A stretch of DNA of 64,000 nucleotides from Octopus sinensis (taxonomy: Eukaryota): positions 66,402,001 to 66,466,000 of the forward strand of contig NC_043006.1 in assembly GCF_006345805.1 (NCBI RefSeq). Direction: 5' to 3'. Positions within the stretch are counted from its first letter, which is position 1; every line of letters starts with the position of its first letter. The position numbers were made by a program, and so were the translations under genes. Of the stretch, positions 1-12,607 are shown in pieces. The notes beneath the pieces were generated by a model. It searched no databases. It was given only the letters and a program-made list of their open reading frames with translations, and had not been told where the DNA came from.

Positions 1-356
1 ACAGACACAGACACACACACACCCACACACACACACACATATATATATACGTATATGTATGTACGTAAGTACGTATGTATTTACGTGTATGTATATATAT
101 ATATATGTATACATCATATATATACATACTATACACACATATACACACATATATACGCGCGCACACACACATATACATACATACAGACACAGACACACAG
201 ACATACATACACACACATATTGTGGCGTAGATATTTTAATGTAGATTGGTTTTTTAAATCTGAAATATTATTTATGATTTTCACTTTCGGAATTTATATT
301 GTTCGTTAACAAAATTTAACTGCTTCCACCCCCCCCACACATATACGTATAAAACC

Positions 357-407
<51 letters not shown>

Positions 408-702
408 ATATAATATATATAGCGTTGATGCTTTTTTTCAGTTGATTTTGATTTTTTCAAAGAAAACCAACTCCATTTCGTTTTCAAGAATTTAGTATAT
501 TCTCTAAGTCCATTAGATATATTCAAGATTATTTTTACTTGCGTAGGATTGTCTTTTCTTTCTATTAGGGTTGCAAACAACGAAAACAATAACCTGTCAT
601 TTCGCTTGTTGCGAAGATTCCGAATATATTACTTACCGCCTAGAAAAATACATACATACATACATACTACATACATACATACATACATACATACATACTA
701 CA

Positions 703-735
<33 letters not shown>

Positions 736-745
736 GTGTGTGTGC

Positions 746-791
<46 letters not shown>

Positions 792-980
792 ATATATATA
801 TATTAATATATGTACATTTATACACACACATATGTAATATAAACAAATACATATGTATGTATATGTAAATATGTATGTAATATGAAAAAATACACACACA
901 CATATATATATATACGTATATGTATGTACGTAAGTACGTATGTATTTATGTGTATGTGTATATATATTATATATATATAC

Positions 981-1011
<31 letters not shown>

Positions 1012-1700
1012 CATACATATACACATACATATACACACATATATACGCACACACACATATATACATACACACAGACACAGACACACAGACACACACACAC
1101 ACACCACACATATATATATACGTATATGTATTTACGTGTATGTATATATATATATATGTATACATACATATATATAATTACATATACACACACATATACA
1201 CACATATATACGCAAACACACACATATACATACAGACAGACCCAGACACACATATATATACATACACACACATATATATATATACACACACATATGTATA
1301 TATATGCATATATATACATATATATGTATGTATATATGTTATATATATATGTGTGTGTGTGCTTGTGTGTCAGTATGTATGTGTGTGCGTGTGTGTGTAT
1401 ATATATATGTACATATATATATATATATACATACATATATATATGTATACACACATATATGTATTTATATCCATATATACATACATATATATATATGTAT
1501 ATGCGTATATATATATACATAATATATATACATATATATATATGTAGATGCATACATATATATTAACGGGAGATCAAGACACACACACACACACACACTC
1601 ATGCACATACACACACACACACTCGCGCGCACACACACACACTCGCGCGCACACACACACTCGCGCGCACACACACACACACTTCACACTCACGCGCACA
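1..1700. repeat. Compound (AT)/(AC)/(ATAC) microsatellite field with a higher-order duplicated block
   Basis: Simple repeats. The block cgtatatgtatgtacgtaagtacgtatgtattt occurs at ~50-82 and ~915-947, with a partial third copy at ~1121. Confidence 0.9.
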
Positions 1701-2033
1701 GACGCCCGCACGCTGATATAAGAAGAAACAGCACATTTGGAAAATTCAAAGGAATGCATAACCATTTCTTAGCAATCAATCTACAGATCAATGGATTTAC
1801 ATATTGGTAGCAATATATTGCATACATAGACGCACAACATGCATACATAAACACAGACATAAGACATGCATGCGCACACACGATCATGCGTGCACATCAG
1901 TATGTCGCAGGCGTGTCATTGCGGTTCCGAGATCAATCTCATCACGTGAGTCCTTGAGCAAATGTCTTCTACTCTACCTCTGGGCCGACGAATCCTTGTA
2001 AGTGGATTCGGTCGACGGAAACAGGAAGAATAC

Positions 2034-2265
2034 CTATTTATTTATTACCCACAAGGGGCTAAACATAGAGTGGACAAACAAGGACAGACATAGGTATTAA
2101 GTCGATTACATCGACCCCAGTGCGTAACTGGTACTTATTTAATCGACCCCGAAAGGATGAAAGGCAAAGTTGACCTTGGCGGAATTTGAACTCAGAACGC
2201 AACGGCAGACGAAATACGGCTACGCATTTCGCCCGGCGTGCTAACGGTTCTGCCAGCTCGCCGCC
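2034..2265 (-). mobile_element. tRNA-derived SINE family A, monomer with tail type 1
   Basis: Minus strand reads ggcggcgagctggcagaa (head), B-box gagttcaaattcc, hairpin-rich body, tail gccccttgtgggtaataaa. More than 10 copies in the window. Confidence 0.85.
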
Positions 2266-2694
2266 AAGAAGAATACCATCGGTATGCAGGTATTTCGAAA
2301 ATATTTAACGGCCGTGCCCTGTATTGGTACAGGCTGCCCTTTGGCAAGACATAGCAGTCGTTCAGCCTCCCTGCCAATGATACGGTGAAGTTATAGGACT
2401 GCAACATGGCGGACGTTGGGAATGTTGCCGAAGTGTTCCACTGAGCTAACGGTTTTCTTACATTGATGCTGAGCGGGGGAATCTCAGAAGATGAATGATC
2501 ACCATCACCAACTCTATCAACAGAGTAACTGCAATACATCCATAGGGGTGGTGGCCATGATTGTGTAATCAGGTAAAGAAATGTTGCCCATGACTCAAGA
2601 TCCTAATCGAAAGCCGCAATAATGGAATTGGTTGGCGACATAGAGTCATGGGAATCTGCGAAAGCAGTGAAATATATATATATATATATATGTA

Positions 2695-2909
2695 TACAAG
2701 ATAAGAAATACATCTAAATCAAATATCAATTACCAGATAATACTCAATCACATACTTTATTAAACCACCACATAAGAGACTGTAGGGTTAAATATAAAAA
2801 GCAGAACAAATCAGTGTACATAAAGGAATGTACATAAAAAAGTGTACATAAAAGAGTAATGTTGTATAATAAGTAGAATATATATAAAAGAGAATATAAA
2901 TACAAGTAA

Positions 2910-2920
<11 letters not shown>
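2695..2920 (-). mobile_element. Penelope-type pLTR-like repeat fragment, same family as 28810-29190
   Basis: Shares catctaaatc..taccagataatac(t/c)caatca(c/t)atactttatt..tagggttaaa with 28830-28915; AATAAA on the minus strand. Confidence 0.55.
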
Positions 2921-2987
<67 letters not shown>

Positions 2988-3128
2988 TCTTTACTAGCCT
3001 TAGTTAGGGAGGTGCGGCCATACTGGGGCATCGTCGTTTGTTTTGCTACACTTTCATTAAACTTTGATATTTGGCATTTGGTGAATAAGAGAGTTTGATG
3101 TTACTGACCTCGTTTGCGTATCTGTCTG

Positions 3129-3207
<79 letters not shown>

Positions 3208-3769
3208 GTATATATACACACACATTCAGACCATGGATGTATTCTTTCACACATACATAATACATACATACATAAATACATACATAATACATACATACAT
3301 ACATACATACATACATACATACATACATACATACATAGATGCATACCTACATACATACATATATGAGCATGTCTAGATACGCAACTATATGCCTGAGAAT
3401 ACATACATACATGAAACAAAACATACAAATCTGCACATGTACATACATACATGGATACACACATACATAAGTACTTACATTCATATATACACACATACCC
3501 TGTTGCTGATGTTGAAATTCCAATGAGGGAGCCTTGGACCAAGGTTAGAAACCGGTTCTTTCTCTATTGGCAAGAAATCTTGAAATAAATCTGAAGAATG
3601 ACATCCATACATACACGTATACACATATACGCATACACACATACATACATACATACAAAAAGGTGCACAAACGCATAAATACATACAAACACAAAATTTT
3701 AGAATCCAGATGTCCACAAGACATTAAAGATGAAAGAAAATGTTATCTTTACATGTGATAAATATTAAC

Positions 3770-3990
3770 GACTGTCGAAAAACAAAATATCATGGTCGAA
3801 TTAATGAGTAATCTGTAGTTACTGCAATCGGATTATAACCATAGATTTATATCTGTAATTATTTAGGCATTAGGTTCTGTAACTAACTGCCTCAGTACCA
3901 CTCTTGAGAAGCTGGGATTAAAAACCAGAACGAACGCAGCTAATTAGGAAATTGCGCTAACTAACCATTAATGGAACTGTAAAAAGAATA
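3770..3990 (+). mobile_element. RLE-type non-LTR retrotransposon 3' fragment (family 2)
   Basis: Decayed frame RFISVII*ALGSVTNCLSTTLEKLG...GTVKRIC matches the C-terminus seen at 36355-37020. Confidence 0.6.
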
Positions 3991-4465
3991 TGCATAATTT
4001 TGCAGTTGTTTAGCATACAATAGGACGTATATATGCATATACATACATACATACTACATACATACATATATATATACATGTATGTATGTGTATATATATA
4101 TATTATATATATATATATGAATATATATGTGATGTATATATATATGTATATATATGAATGTATATATATATATATATATATATATGTATCACATATCACA
4201 TATCACCACACAGGCATAGATATACCTACGTCTACATGTACATATGCACACGAGTATTCACACACACACACACATATATATATGCATACGTACGTACCAG
4301 CATACATACGTACATACATGCAAACCCAAAGTCATATATGTATGTCTATATATATATATAATATATATATAATATATATATATAATATATATATATTATA
4401 TGTATATATATATGTATATGTATATGTATATGTATATATGTATATGTATATGATATATATATATG

Positions 4466-4514
<49 letters not shown>

Positions 4515-4529
4515 ATATAAACTATGTGC

Positions 4530-4820
4530 AAAGCTGAACTTAGTTACCCTGAAGATGTGAGCATAATGTTAAAGATCAGTGAATGGAAAAAAAAAACAAA
4601 GAAAAGATCTCTACCGAACTGATGAAAATTCCGCAGTTATTCCATCCCAAACTATAGTTTTAGATTTCTACCAATAATTATTGGACTATTTCGTTATGTG
4701 ACTAACTGCCTCAAAATCAATCTTAAGAATAAAGAGAGGGAAAAAAACCAGAAGGAATCAGTTTAACCAAAAGGTTACTGCTATATAGTGTCAAAGTTAA
4801 ATTATGTAAAACATCCAAGA
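4530..4820 (+). mobile_element. RLE-type non-LTR retrotransposon 3' fragment (family 2)
   Basis: Decayed frame [16 protein letters not shown]...LFHPNYSFRFLPIIIGLFRYVTNCL...VKLCKTSKKFSL*. Confidence 0.6.
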
Positions 4821-5011
4821 AGTTTAGCTTGTAATGTGTATGCAATGACATCTATCCCTGCATTCATATGTGCACGAGCACGCGCGCGCACACACGCACA
4901 CACACAAACACACCTACACACTCATACATGCACATACATACACACACACACACACACTTCTATGCAGATGAAACAAAGCCAGTGCCCAAGATACACATTC
5001 AGTTTTATCCC

Positions 5012-5071
<60 letters not shown>

Positions 5072-5086
5072 CATCATTATTATTAT

Positions 5087-5665
5087 TTTTCTACTCTAGG
5101 CATAAGGCCCGAAATTTTTGGGGAGGGTGCCAGTCGATTAGATCGATCCCAGTACGCAGCTGGTACTTAATTTATTGACCCCGTGAGGACGAAGGCAAAG
5201 TCGACCTCGGCGGAATTTGAACTCAGAACGTAAAGACAGACGAAATACCTATTTCTTTACTACCCTCAAATGACTAAACACAGAGCGGACAAACAAGGAC
5301 AGACAAACGGACTAAGTCGATTATATCGACCCCAGTGCGTAACTGGTACTTATTTAATCGACCGCGAAAGGATAAAGGCAAAGTCGACCTCGGCGGAATT
5401 TGAACTCAGAATGTAGCGGCAGACGAAATACCTATTTCTTTATTACCCACAAGGGGCTAAACATAGAGGGGACAAACAAGGACAGACATAGGTATTAAGT
5501 CGATTATATCGACCCCAGAGCGTAACTGGTACTTAATTTATCGACCCCGAAAGGATGAAAGGCAAAGTTGACCTCGGCGGAATTTGAACTCACAACGTAA
5601 CGACAGACGAAATACCGCTAAGCATTTCATCCGGCGTGCTAACGTTTCTGCCAGCTCGCCGCCTT
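5087..5665 (-). mobile_element. SINE family A head-to-tail trimer
   Basis: One head followed by three bodies. Junctions at 5249/5250 and 5432/5433 (period 183). The last unit carries tail type 2 (gccttatgcctagagtagaaa). Confidence 0.85.
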
Positions 5666-5684
5666 GCTGATGCTAACATTCTTT

Positions 5685-5887
5685 TGTATTCTATGCACAA
5701 AGCCCGAAATTTTTGTGTGGGGGCAATCCATTAGAAGGACCCCAGTACGCAAGAGGTACTTAGTTTATCGACCCCAAAAGGATGAAAGGCAAAGTCGACC
5801 TTGGCAGAATTTGAATTGAGAACGTAAAGACAGACTACCGCTGATCCATTTCGCCCGGCGTGCTAACGTTTCTGCCAGCACGCCGCC
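5685..5887 (-). mobile_element. SINE family A, tail type 2
   Basis: Head ggcggcgtgctggcagaa directly after (AAT)n; B-box present. Confidence 0.8.
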
Positions 5888-5963
<76 letters not shown>

Positions 5964-6515
5964 GAGTGAGAGAGCAGTGCATGCCATCAAAGTGACACTG
6001 GGGCAAAATATACGAAGCCCAGTATACCCATCATGACTACCCGTCTGATAAGGGTACACTAGGCACATGCATCACAATCATGTGTGCGCGTCATGGTGAC
6101 CTCATATCAAAATAAATAGCACTTGACCTTGCAGGTGGGACTCAGTTAGAGTTTTCTTCTGGCTAGTAACGCATCCCGCTCAAAAGGTCCATGAATAAGT
6201 GTTGTTTAGGGATGTTGAACAAAACACCCATGTTTCAAGAAGTGAATTATTCAAACCCCAAAGAATCCCTCTCAACACATGGCTATGATGCTCCCCCACT
6301 ATTTCTGCTCGTGATCAGAGATGCACATATCGTCAGCCACTAAGGGACATACTCAATTGGTTAATGTCAAACAACTGACAAGCAAATCTATAGTATTGAG
6401 CAGAATATTTTTTGTAGCCCATCTTTTATACCAAGACAAAACAATGTACATGATAACACTTCCAATCAGTTAAGATCAGAAGCCATGAGACCCACTGCCT
6501 GGTACTGCATCAGGG

Positions 6516-6517
<2 letters not shown>
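5964..6517 (-). mobile_element. Unclassified ~550-bp non-coding interspersed element D, flanked by (TAA)n
   Basis: Homologous partial copies at 55795-56345 (+). Starts tgccctgatgcagtacc and ends ctctctcactc followed by (AAT)n. Confidence 0.7.
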
Positions 6518-6584
<67 letters not shown>

Positions 6585-8398
6585 CATTGTCATTTACTTT
6601 TAATCTGCATGTTTGATGCAATCACCTGCCGGGGCACACCCAGCGCCCTAGGGCAAGTGAAGGTTAAGAGTTGTTGAAATATAGCTGAAAGCTTGGGGAG
6701 GGGAAGTAGAGATATATCTCCATGTAATGCAAACACAAACATTTACATTGATAGGGTTTTTCTAAGGATGTGGGCAGTACTTGTTAGCACAATCTTTTGG
6801 ATTTCCTTGAGACATGGTTTTCCAGGGATATTGTCTAGGTGTTTCTGACATCCCTTTTTTATCATACCTAGGGCACCTACAATAACAGGAACAGTTTTTG
6901 TTTTAAGATTCCACATCCTCTGTATTTCGATTTCCAGGTCCTTATATTTACTAAGTCTGTCAAATTCCTTGACAGATACATTTTTATCAGTGGGGACGCT
7001 TACTTCCATTAGTCTGCAGGTATTTTCTTCCCTGTCTTTAACAATTATGTCTGGTCGATTAGCCTTGATCGTTCTGTCAGGGTTGACTGGAAAATCCCAG
7101 AGGATGGTGACATCTTTACCTTCAACAACTGGCTGAGGATGGTGTTCATACCAGTTAGCAGGAGTGTCGGATTTGTAGTGTCTACATATCTTCCAATGTA
7201 TATACTGTCCTACCCTATCGTGGCGATTTTTGTATTCGTTTGGTGTCAGCACAGGGCATCCCGAAACGAGATGGTCTATCGTTTCGTCAAATGTGTCGCA
7301 GAATCTGCATTTAGGGTCAGTACCGTTTCGGAGAACGTTAGCCTGGTAATTTCTGGTAAACAAGCTTTGATCTTGTGCTGCCATTATGAAACCTTCAGTC
7401 TCTGCTTTCAATCCAGAGCTCTTCAGCCACTGATGGGTTGTTGCTTGGTCTACATCAGCATTTTGGCTTCGGAGAATATATTGTCCATGCAGGGGCTTCT
7501 GGCTCCACCGCCTCTCAATTTGATTCTGCCCGTTCTTTTTTGCAGTCTGCTTGATTCGCTTTGCTTGCTTGGTAGCAGTGGTTTCCGGCTCTTCATCTGA
7601 TTCAAGGTTAATGTCTAGTTCCCGTTCGAACTTATAAGCTTCCTTGACAATAGAATGTAGCTTTTTGCTGCTTTCGTGTTCGCACACAAGTCGCAGCATC
7701 CAGTCCTTTGTACTAGATAGGTACCTGTTCATTCCTACAGTAGAGGTCTTATAGCACAGCTCTAATCGCATCATGCCTCTCCCCCCGCTGCTTCTAGGTA
7801 GGTACAAGCGGTCTACATCTGCCTTAGGGTGGTGCATGCTCTTGGATGTCAGTAACTTTCTTGTCTTCCTGTCCAAGCGTTGGAGTTCCGTAAGGTTCCA
7901 GTTAATGATGTTAAAACTGTACTGGACTACTGGAAGTGCCAGGGTGTTAATGGCCTCAATGCAATTTTTGGAGTTGAGTTCAGTCTTCAGTACAAGCCTT
8001 ATTCTCCTATAGTATTCCTTTCTTATTTTTTCCTTCATAGTAGCATGATGTATACCATCTCCTTCGTTGATTCCTAGGTATTTGTAACTTTCCTGTGGGT
8101 CAAGTCCCTTGATGGTAGTGTCAATATCTAATTTAACAGAAGCTGTTTGCCTGAGCTTGCCTCTTACAAAAGTTGCTTTAGCACACTTATCAAGGCCAAA
8201 ATCCATTCCGATATCATTGCTAAACTCTTTAACAGTTGTTAGCAGCCCTTGTAGCTCTTGGTCATTCCTGGCAAACAGCTTTAGGTCGTCCATATAGAAA
8301 AGGTGGTTTATTAACTTACTAAAAACTTTGTACCCATATCTGGTACTATCCAATTCGCTTGAGAGTGGGATCAGTGCCATGCAAAAAAGTAATGGAGT
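6585..8398 (-). mobile_element. R4/Dong-type RLE non-LTR retrotransposon, 5'-truncated inside the RT domain
   Basis: ORF begins at PLLFCMALIPL (RT domain 5). ~150-bp 3' UTR runs into (AAT)n; (TTA)n on both flanks. Confidence 0.92.
6743..8380 (-). CDS. Uninterrupted 545-aa partial RT + CCHC + restriction-like endonuclease ORF
   Basis: YMDDLKLF catalytic motif, CRFC..ETIDHLVSGC zinc knuckle, RHD, PDIIV..E..K..KY nuclease motifs. Confidence 0.88.
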   Translation of the reverse strand: MALIPLSSELDSTRYGYKVFSKLINHLFYMDDLKLFARNDQELQGLLTTVKEFSNDIGMDFGLDKCAKATFVRGKLRQTASVKLDIDTTIKGLDPQESYKYLGINEGDGIHHATMKEKIRKEYYRRIRLVLKTELNSKNCIEAINTLALPVVQYSFNIINWNLTELQRLDRKTRKLLTSKSMHHPKADVDRLYLPRSSGGRGMMRLELCYKTSTVGMNRYLSSTKDWMLRLVCEHESSKKLHSIVKEAYKFERELDINLESDEEPETTATKQAKRIKQTAKKNGQNQIERRWSQKPLHGQYILRSQNADVDQATTHQWLKSSGLKAETEGFIMAAQDQSLFTRNYQANVLRNGTDPKCRFCDTFDETIDHLVSGCPVLTPNEYKNRHDRVGQYIHWKICRHYKSDTPANWYEHHPQPVVEGKDVTILWDFPVNPDRTIKANRPDIIVKDREENTCRLMEVSVPTDKNVSVKEFDRLSKYKDLEIEIQRMWNLKTKTVPVIVGALGMIKKGCQKHLDNIPGKPCLKEIQKIVLTSTAHILRKTLSM

Positions 8399-8411
8399 AT
8401 TATTATTATTA

Positions 8412-8450
<39 letters not shown>

Positions 8451-8827
8451 CATCATCATCATCATCATCATCATCATTATTGGCGCAACAGGGTACGTAC
8501 AAATTCGCCTGGTGTAAAGCATCGCTGAACATGGGTTCCTGGGGAGAGAATGCTGCTCTTTATTTCATATGCTACAAGTCATCTCGATATATAGGACTTT
8601 ACAAATCTGAGAGACCTTCTCAAGATTTAAAGGACGGTGAACAAAACAAGATGCTTTCCTCCATAACATTGCTACCAAGTGGTGGCCGGTCGAAATTTAC
8701 TATCAGTTAAATAGAGGAAGAGCAAGCAGCCACCCATACGTAATGTGTATATGATTTAGGCAGCAGTTCTGAAATTTGGAACTGGTGATTTTGACGATTG
8801 CATCGATGCAGAGCAACAACAACCGCT

Positions 8828-9002
8828 GTGGAGGCGCAATGGCCCAGTGGTTAGGGCAGCGGACTCGCGGCTTCGATTCCCAGACCGGGCATTGTGAGTG
8901 TTTATTGAGCAAAAACACCTAAGCTTCACGAAGCTCCGGCGGGGTGGTGGTTGTGAACCCCGCTGTACTCTTTCACCATAACTTTCTCTCACTTTTTCTT
9001 CC
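8828..9002 (+). mobile_element. tRNA-derived SINE family C, 5' half
   Basis: ggaggcgcaatggcccagtggttagggcagcggactcgcg..ttcgattccc, with A- and B-box-like motifs. Confidence 0.8.
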
Positions 9003-9299
9003 TACTTCTGCCACAAAGCAGAGGAATCATGGTGTGACCCACTATGGTGTGGTAAACTTTCAGACCCTAGTCTAGACTGCGAATCCTCTGTACCCCAGGA
9101 TGGTTCAGCTCTCCACTCGTTAAAAGCCACCGTTTACGAATGAGGATAACAACGTAACTTTCGCGCCCGTGCAACCGCCAGTCTATCACGTGTGGTGGGT
9201 GGATCTTCAAGTTGCCACACGCATTCTTAGTAGCTTAGAGTAGGCTCGAATTAGAGATTATTCTTTGTGGCTAATGGCGTGAGTCGTGATTGGAAGAAG

Positions 9300-9515
9300 A
9301 CAGCAGCTATAACAACCGGTGTTGGTTTGTTTATGCCTCGTAACTTGGTAGTCCGGCAAAAAAAAAAAAAAATCAAAAAAGAAAAAAACCCAGATCGAAT
9401 AAGTATCAGACATTTAAAAAAGAAAAAGATCTGGGTTCGATTTATCTGACTAAAAGCCTTCAAGGTGGTACCCCAGCAAGGCCGCAGACCAATCATTGAA
9501 ACAAGTGAAAGAGAA
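9300..9515 (-). mobile_element. SINE family B, 3' part
   Basis: Reverse complement matches the acaaccg..gtaacttagcggttcgg..gatagaataagtac..cagcatggccgcag tail of family B. Confidence 0.65.
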
Positions 9516-10200
9516 ACAATAAAAGTCACACAGATACTCACACATACACTTAGAAATATACACTTACATACATGCACGCAAACATACATACAAACATACA
9601 CTTGCATACATTCAGGCATGGACTCAACAAATCTTAAGAAATGCTCTTCTTCAAAGAAAGGAAATATTTTGTCTGGTGGTTAGTGGCTGGGTTGAACCCC
9701 TCGAGGAAGAATTTAAATTAATCTCCAAGCAGCGTTCATGAGAACAGAGTTTACGTCAGCCAGTTTCCAATCAAGGAGACTTGTTTCTGAGTTAGAACTG
9801 GTCTCTTCCTACATTGGAGACAATTTTGGAGAAGATAACAGGAAAAAATGATAAGTATAAAAATAGAACAAATAAAAATAAAGATAAAGATAAAAATAAA
9901 ATAAAAATAAAGAATCAAAATAAATAGATATACAAATATATAAACATAAACAGAAAAAAATACCTTCGGCCATATTGCTTAGTGTGTCTCGTTCTGTTTT
10001 ACATTCATAATGAGACGCTGTAAATGATTTGAATGAAGCAGACGATCGTTGCTTCTTCACGCTAAAATAATTTAGTTTCTTATAATATAGTAGTTTTAAT
10101 TTTCTGCGATGGAGTTCCTTGTGTTTTAGACATTTCATTGGCAACGACTTATAAATACAGTACACTCACACACACTGGCGTACGCATACAGGTGCACAAA

Positions 10201-10238
<38 letters not shown>

Positions 10239-10554
10239 ATGTATGAGTGTGTGCTGAGTGTAGGTATATGTGTATACGTATGTATGCGGAAGAGTTTTAA
10301 ATTGGAGTAGAAAGAAATAATGCTCAGTATCGTTTAAACGAATATATGCACACGTACACGTGTGTGTATATATGTATATTTACATGTATCAATGACTATG
10401 TATGTGTGCGTGCGTATGTGTGTGTATAGACATTATATGTTCATGCATACGTACAGACATACTGACATATATGTGAGTAATATACGTATCTCTGTATCTG
10501 TTTACTTACCAATGCATACTTGCACATACACGCACACACATACACACACAAACA

Positions 10555-11250
10555 TCGGCTCTTCGATGTCTCCGACGCCACAAAGGTATCGTCAAAGATA
10601 ACCGACCGAGAAGGCTGGAGCTGTAGAGGTGTGACTCTCTGACCTTTACAGGGATGAAGTTCTCCTTCAACTTCAAGGCACCCCCTTCTTTTTCCCTCTG
10701 CCATACAACCCCACGCCTAACAACCAACAGACTGTGTCCGCCACTATTCATAATCTCATTTCCTCCACCCGTCCCCTTCCCACCTCTTCCAGCCTCATTG
10801 TCTGTACCCCACGCACCCCCGCCATTTATTTCCTTCCCCAAATTCACAAAACCAACAACCCTGGCCGCCCCATCGTCTCCGCCTGCAACTGCCCCACTGA
10901 AATGCTCTTCCGTTTCCCTTTACCTACCACCCCTCCACCCTATCCCTCCAATGCACTATTCTACGATCCTTCAGGCGACTCCAGTCCGCCCCTTCTCCTC
11001 TCTAACCTATCCCTTCCTTCTTACCTTCAAACGAACCCATAACCTGCGTAACCCCCTGATCCACAGTTTCTTCCTTAACCCTGCCTCCCAGCCTAGTTCT
11101 TCCCTTGATCCCACCCACGCTAACGCACCTGCCCCTACCTCTCTAACACCATCATTCTCACTAGCACCCATCACCGTCCCTATCACATCACCGACACCTT
11201 TACCTGCACCTCTAGTAATGTTATTTGCTTCATCTCCTGCTCTCTCTGAT
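10555..11250 (+). mobile_element. Penelope-like element remnant (RT N-terminus joined to the pre-GIY-YIG region; Neptune-like Cys motif)
   Basis: DLYRDEVLLQLQ..NPTPNNQQTVSATIHNLIS..YFLPQIHKTNNPGRPIVSACNCPTE, then FKRTHNLRNPLIHS and FP*SHPR*RTCPYL..FTCTSSNVICFISC. Most of the RT is deleted. Confidence 0.8.
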
Positions 11251-11994
11251 GCGAGCATGAAAAGTAATATTCTTAAGATTATAAACCCGGTAAAACACAG
11301 GACAAGTTATTACACCTGCAAAAGTATAGGACAAGATATTACTTCTAGTAAAGTAAAAAATAAGAAACTATTATTTTTCATGCTCGCATTTTTCCATGTA
11401 ATCTATAATTTTTGCAGGCATTGGTAGTATAAGATAATAAATATGTCAATTAATAATTTAAGATTTTACCTTATAAAATACTGAAAGATAATATTTCAAT
11501 TTTTCCATGTAAGTGATGATATTTCAATTATTTACATGTTTAATTTAAATATATGTTGTGATTGACTTATTTGATATTACCCATCTACACCAAATTAATG
11601 GCAGGTATTTTTGTTGGTTGCACCATGGCCCACCTAAAGTTACAAACAATACCCCAAAACCATCAGTTACCAGGCTCATCTTAAGTAACCTAATTTTGCA
11701 ATATTAGGAGGTCACAGGAATTCAGTCAACGAAAAAATAAAATTTCCAATGATTCCGGGAATGCGGAATGAGGTGAAACTCCCACTTCATTTTTCCGAAC
11801 CAAAATAAGGGATTTGTAGCATATTAGGAGGTCAGGGTACATGATTCCACGCAAAAAATTAAATTTTTTGTTTTTCTTTTCTTACGGGTGTTAATATAGA
11901 AATTTACCATAAACCCTGTTCTATGTGATACATTCTACCAGTATCGGTAGTTTGAAAGTGTTTAGTTTAAAAAAAATTAATTAAATAACCCGTA

Positions 11995-12100
11995 CTTCAA
12001 AGTTGACCCCGGCGAAATTTGAAGTCAAAATGCAAAGACAGACGAAATACCGCTAAGCATTTCGCCCGGGGCGCTAATGTGCTTGCCAGTTCGCCGCCTT
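11995..12100 (-). mobile_element. SINE family A, 5' part
   Basis: Head and B-box region match the family. Confidence 0.7.
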
Positions 12101-12512
12101 AGAACGTAAAAATTCATTTTAGAAATATATTCTTTATTCTTATTGCTTAAGCGTTACTTCCTTACTTACTGACATAAAATTTCGTAATATTTTACATCAT
12201 AACTATTTTTCTACTAATTTTTGTTCAATGCAACAAACGATTCTGAATTCCTCATGCATGTTTCTATCAAATACGCCTAAGAAAAGTATATTTTTAATTT
12301 TAAAAAATGTATGTTAATTGAAGTTGAATATCTACAGAGCCAAATTTCAAACAGTTTATACCAAAGAGTAGCTGAGTAGGTGTCCTCTTTATATCTATTA
12401 ACACCTAGCAATTTAGTTGAGAACTGAATTAGTGATGAAGCTTGAAAGGTGCCGCGAATGACGAAATGGTGAACTTAAGAATATATTCAACCACTACCGT
12501 GGTTGAATGATA

Positions 12513-12605
<93 letters not shown>

Positions 12606-12607
12606 TA

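Noticed and set aside
625-650. 3-nt micro-exon on the minus strand (ttttctAG|GCG|GTAAGT)
   Set aside because: It abuts a microsatellite, has no branch context and is plausible by chance in 64 kb.
633-1566. ORFs of 200-306 aa (also 39311-40020, 47119-48399, 52385-53793, 26849-27449 and similar)
   Set aside because: Translations of (AT)n, (ATAC)n, (CT)n and trinucleotide repeats that lack stops by composition; no domain content.
3505-3595. Hairpin agccttgg/ccaaggtt followed by GAAACCGGTT
   Set aside because: It has a hammerhead-like 3' half, but the upstream sequence is CAATGA, not CTGANGA. It resembles the SINE tail at 39240-39262.
4545-4630. CTGAAGA and CTGATGA as hammerhead cores
   Set aside because: They lie inside a decayed RLE LINE reading frame and have no stem II-GAAA-stem III continuation.
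5087-5665. CRISPR-like array
   Set aside because: The units are 183-bp SINE bodies with no unique spacers, and the context is eukaryotic.
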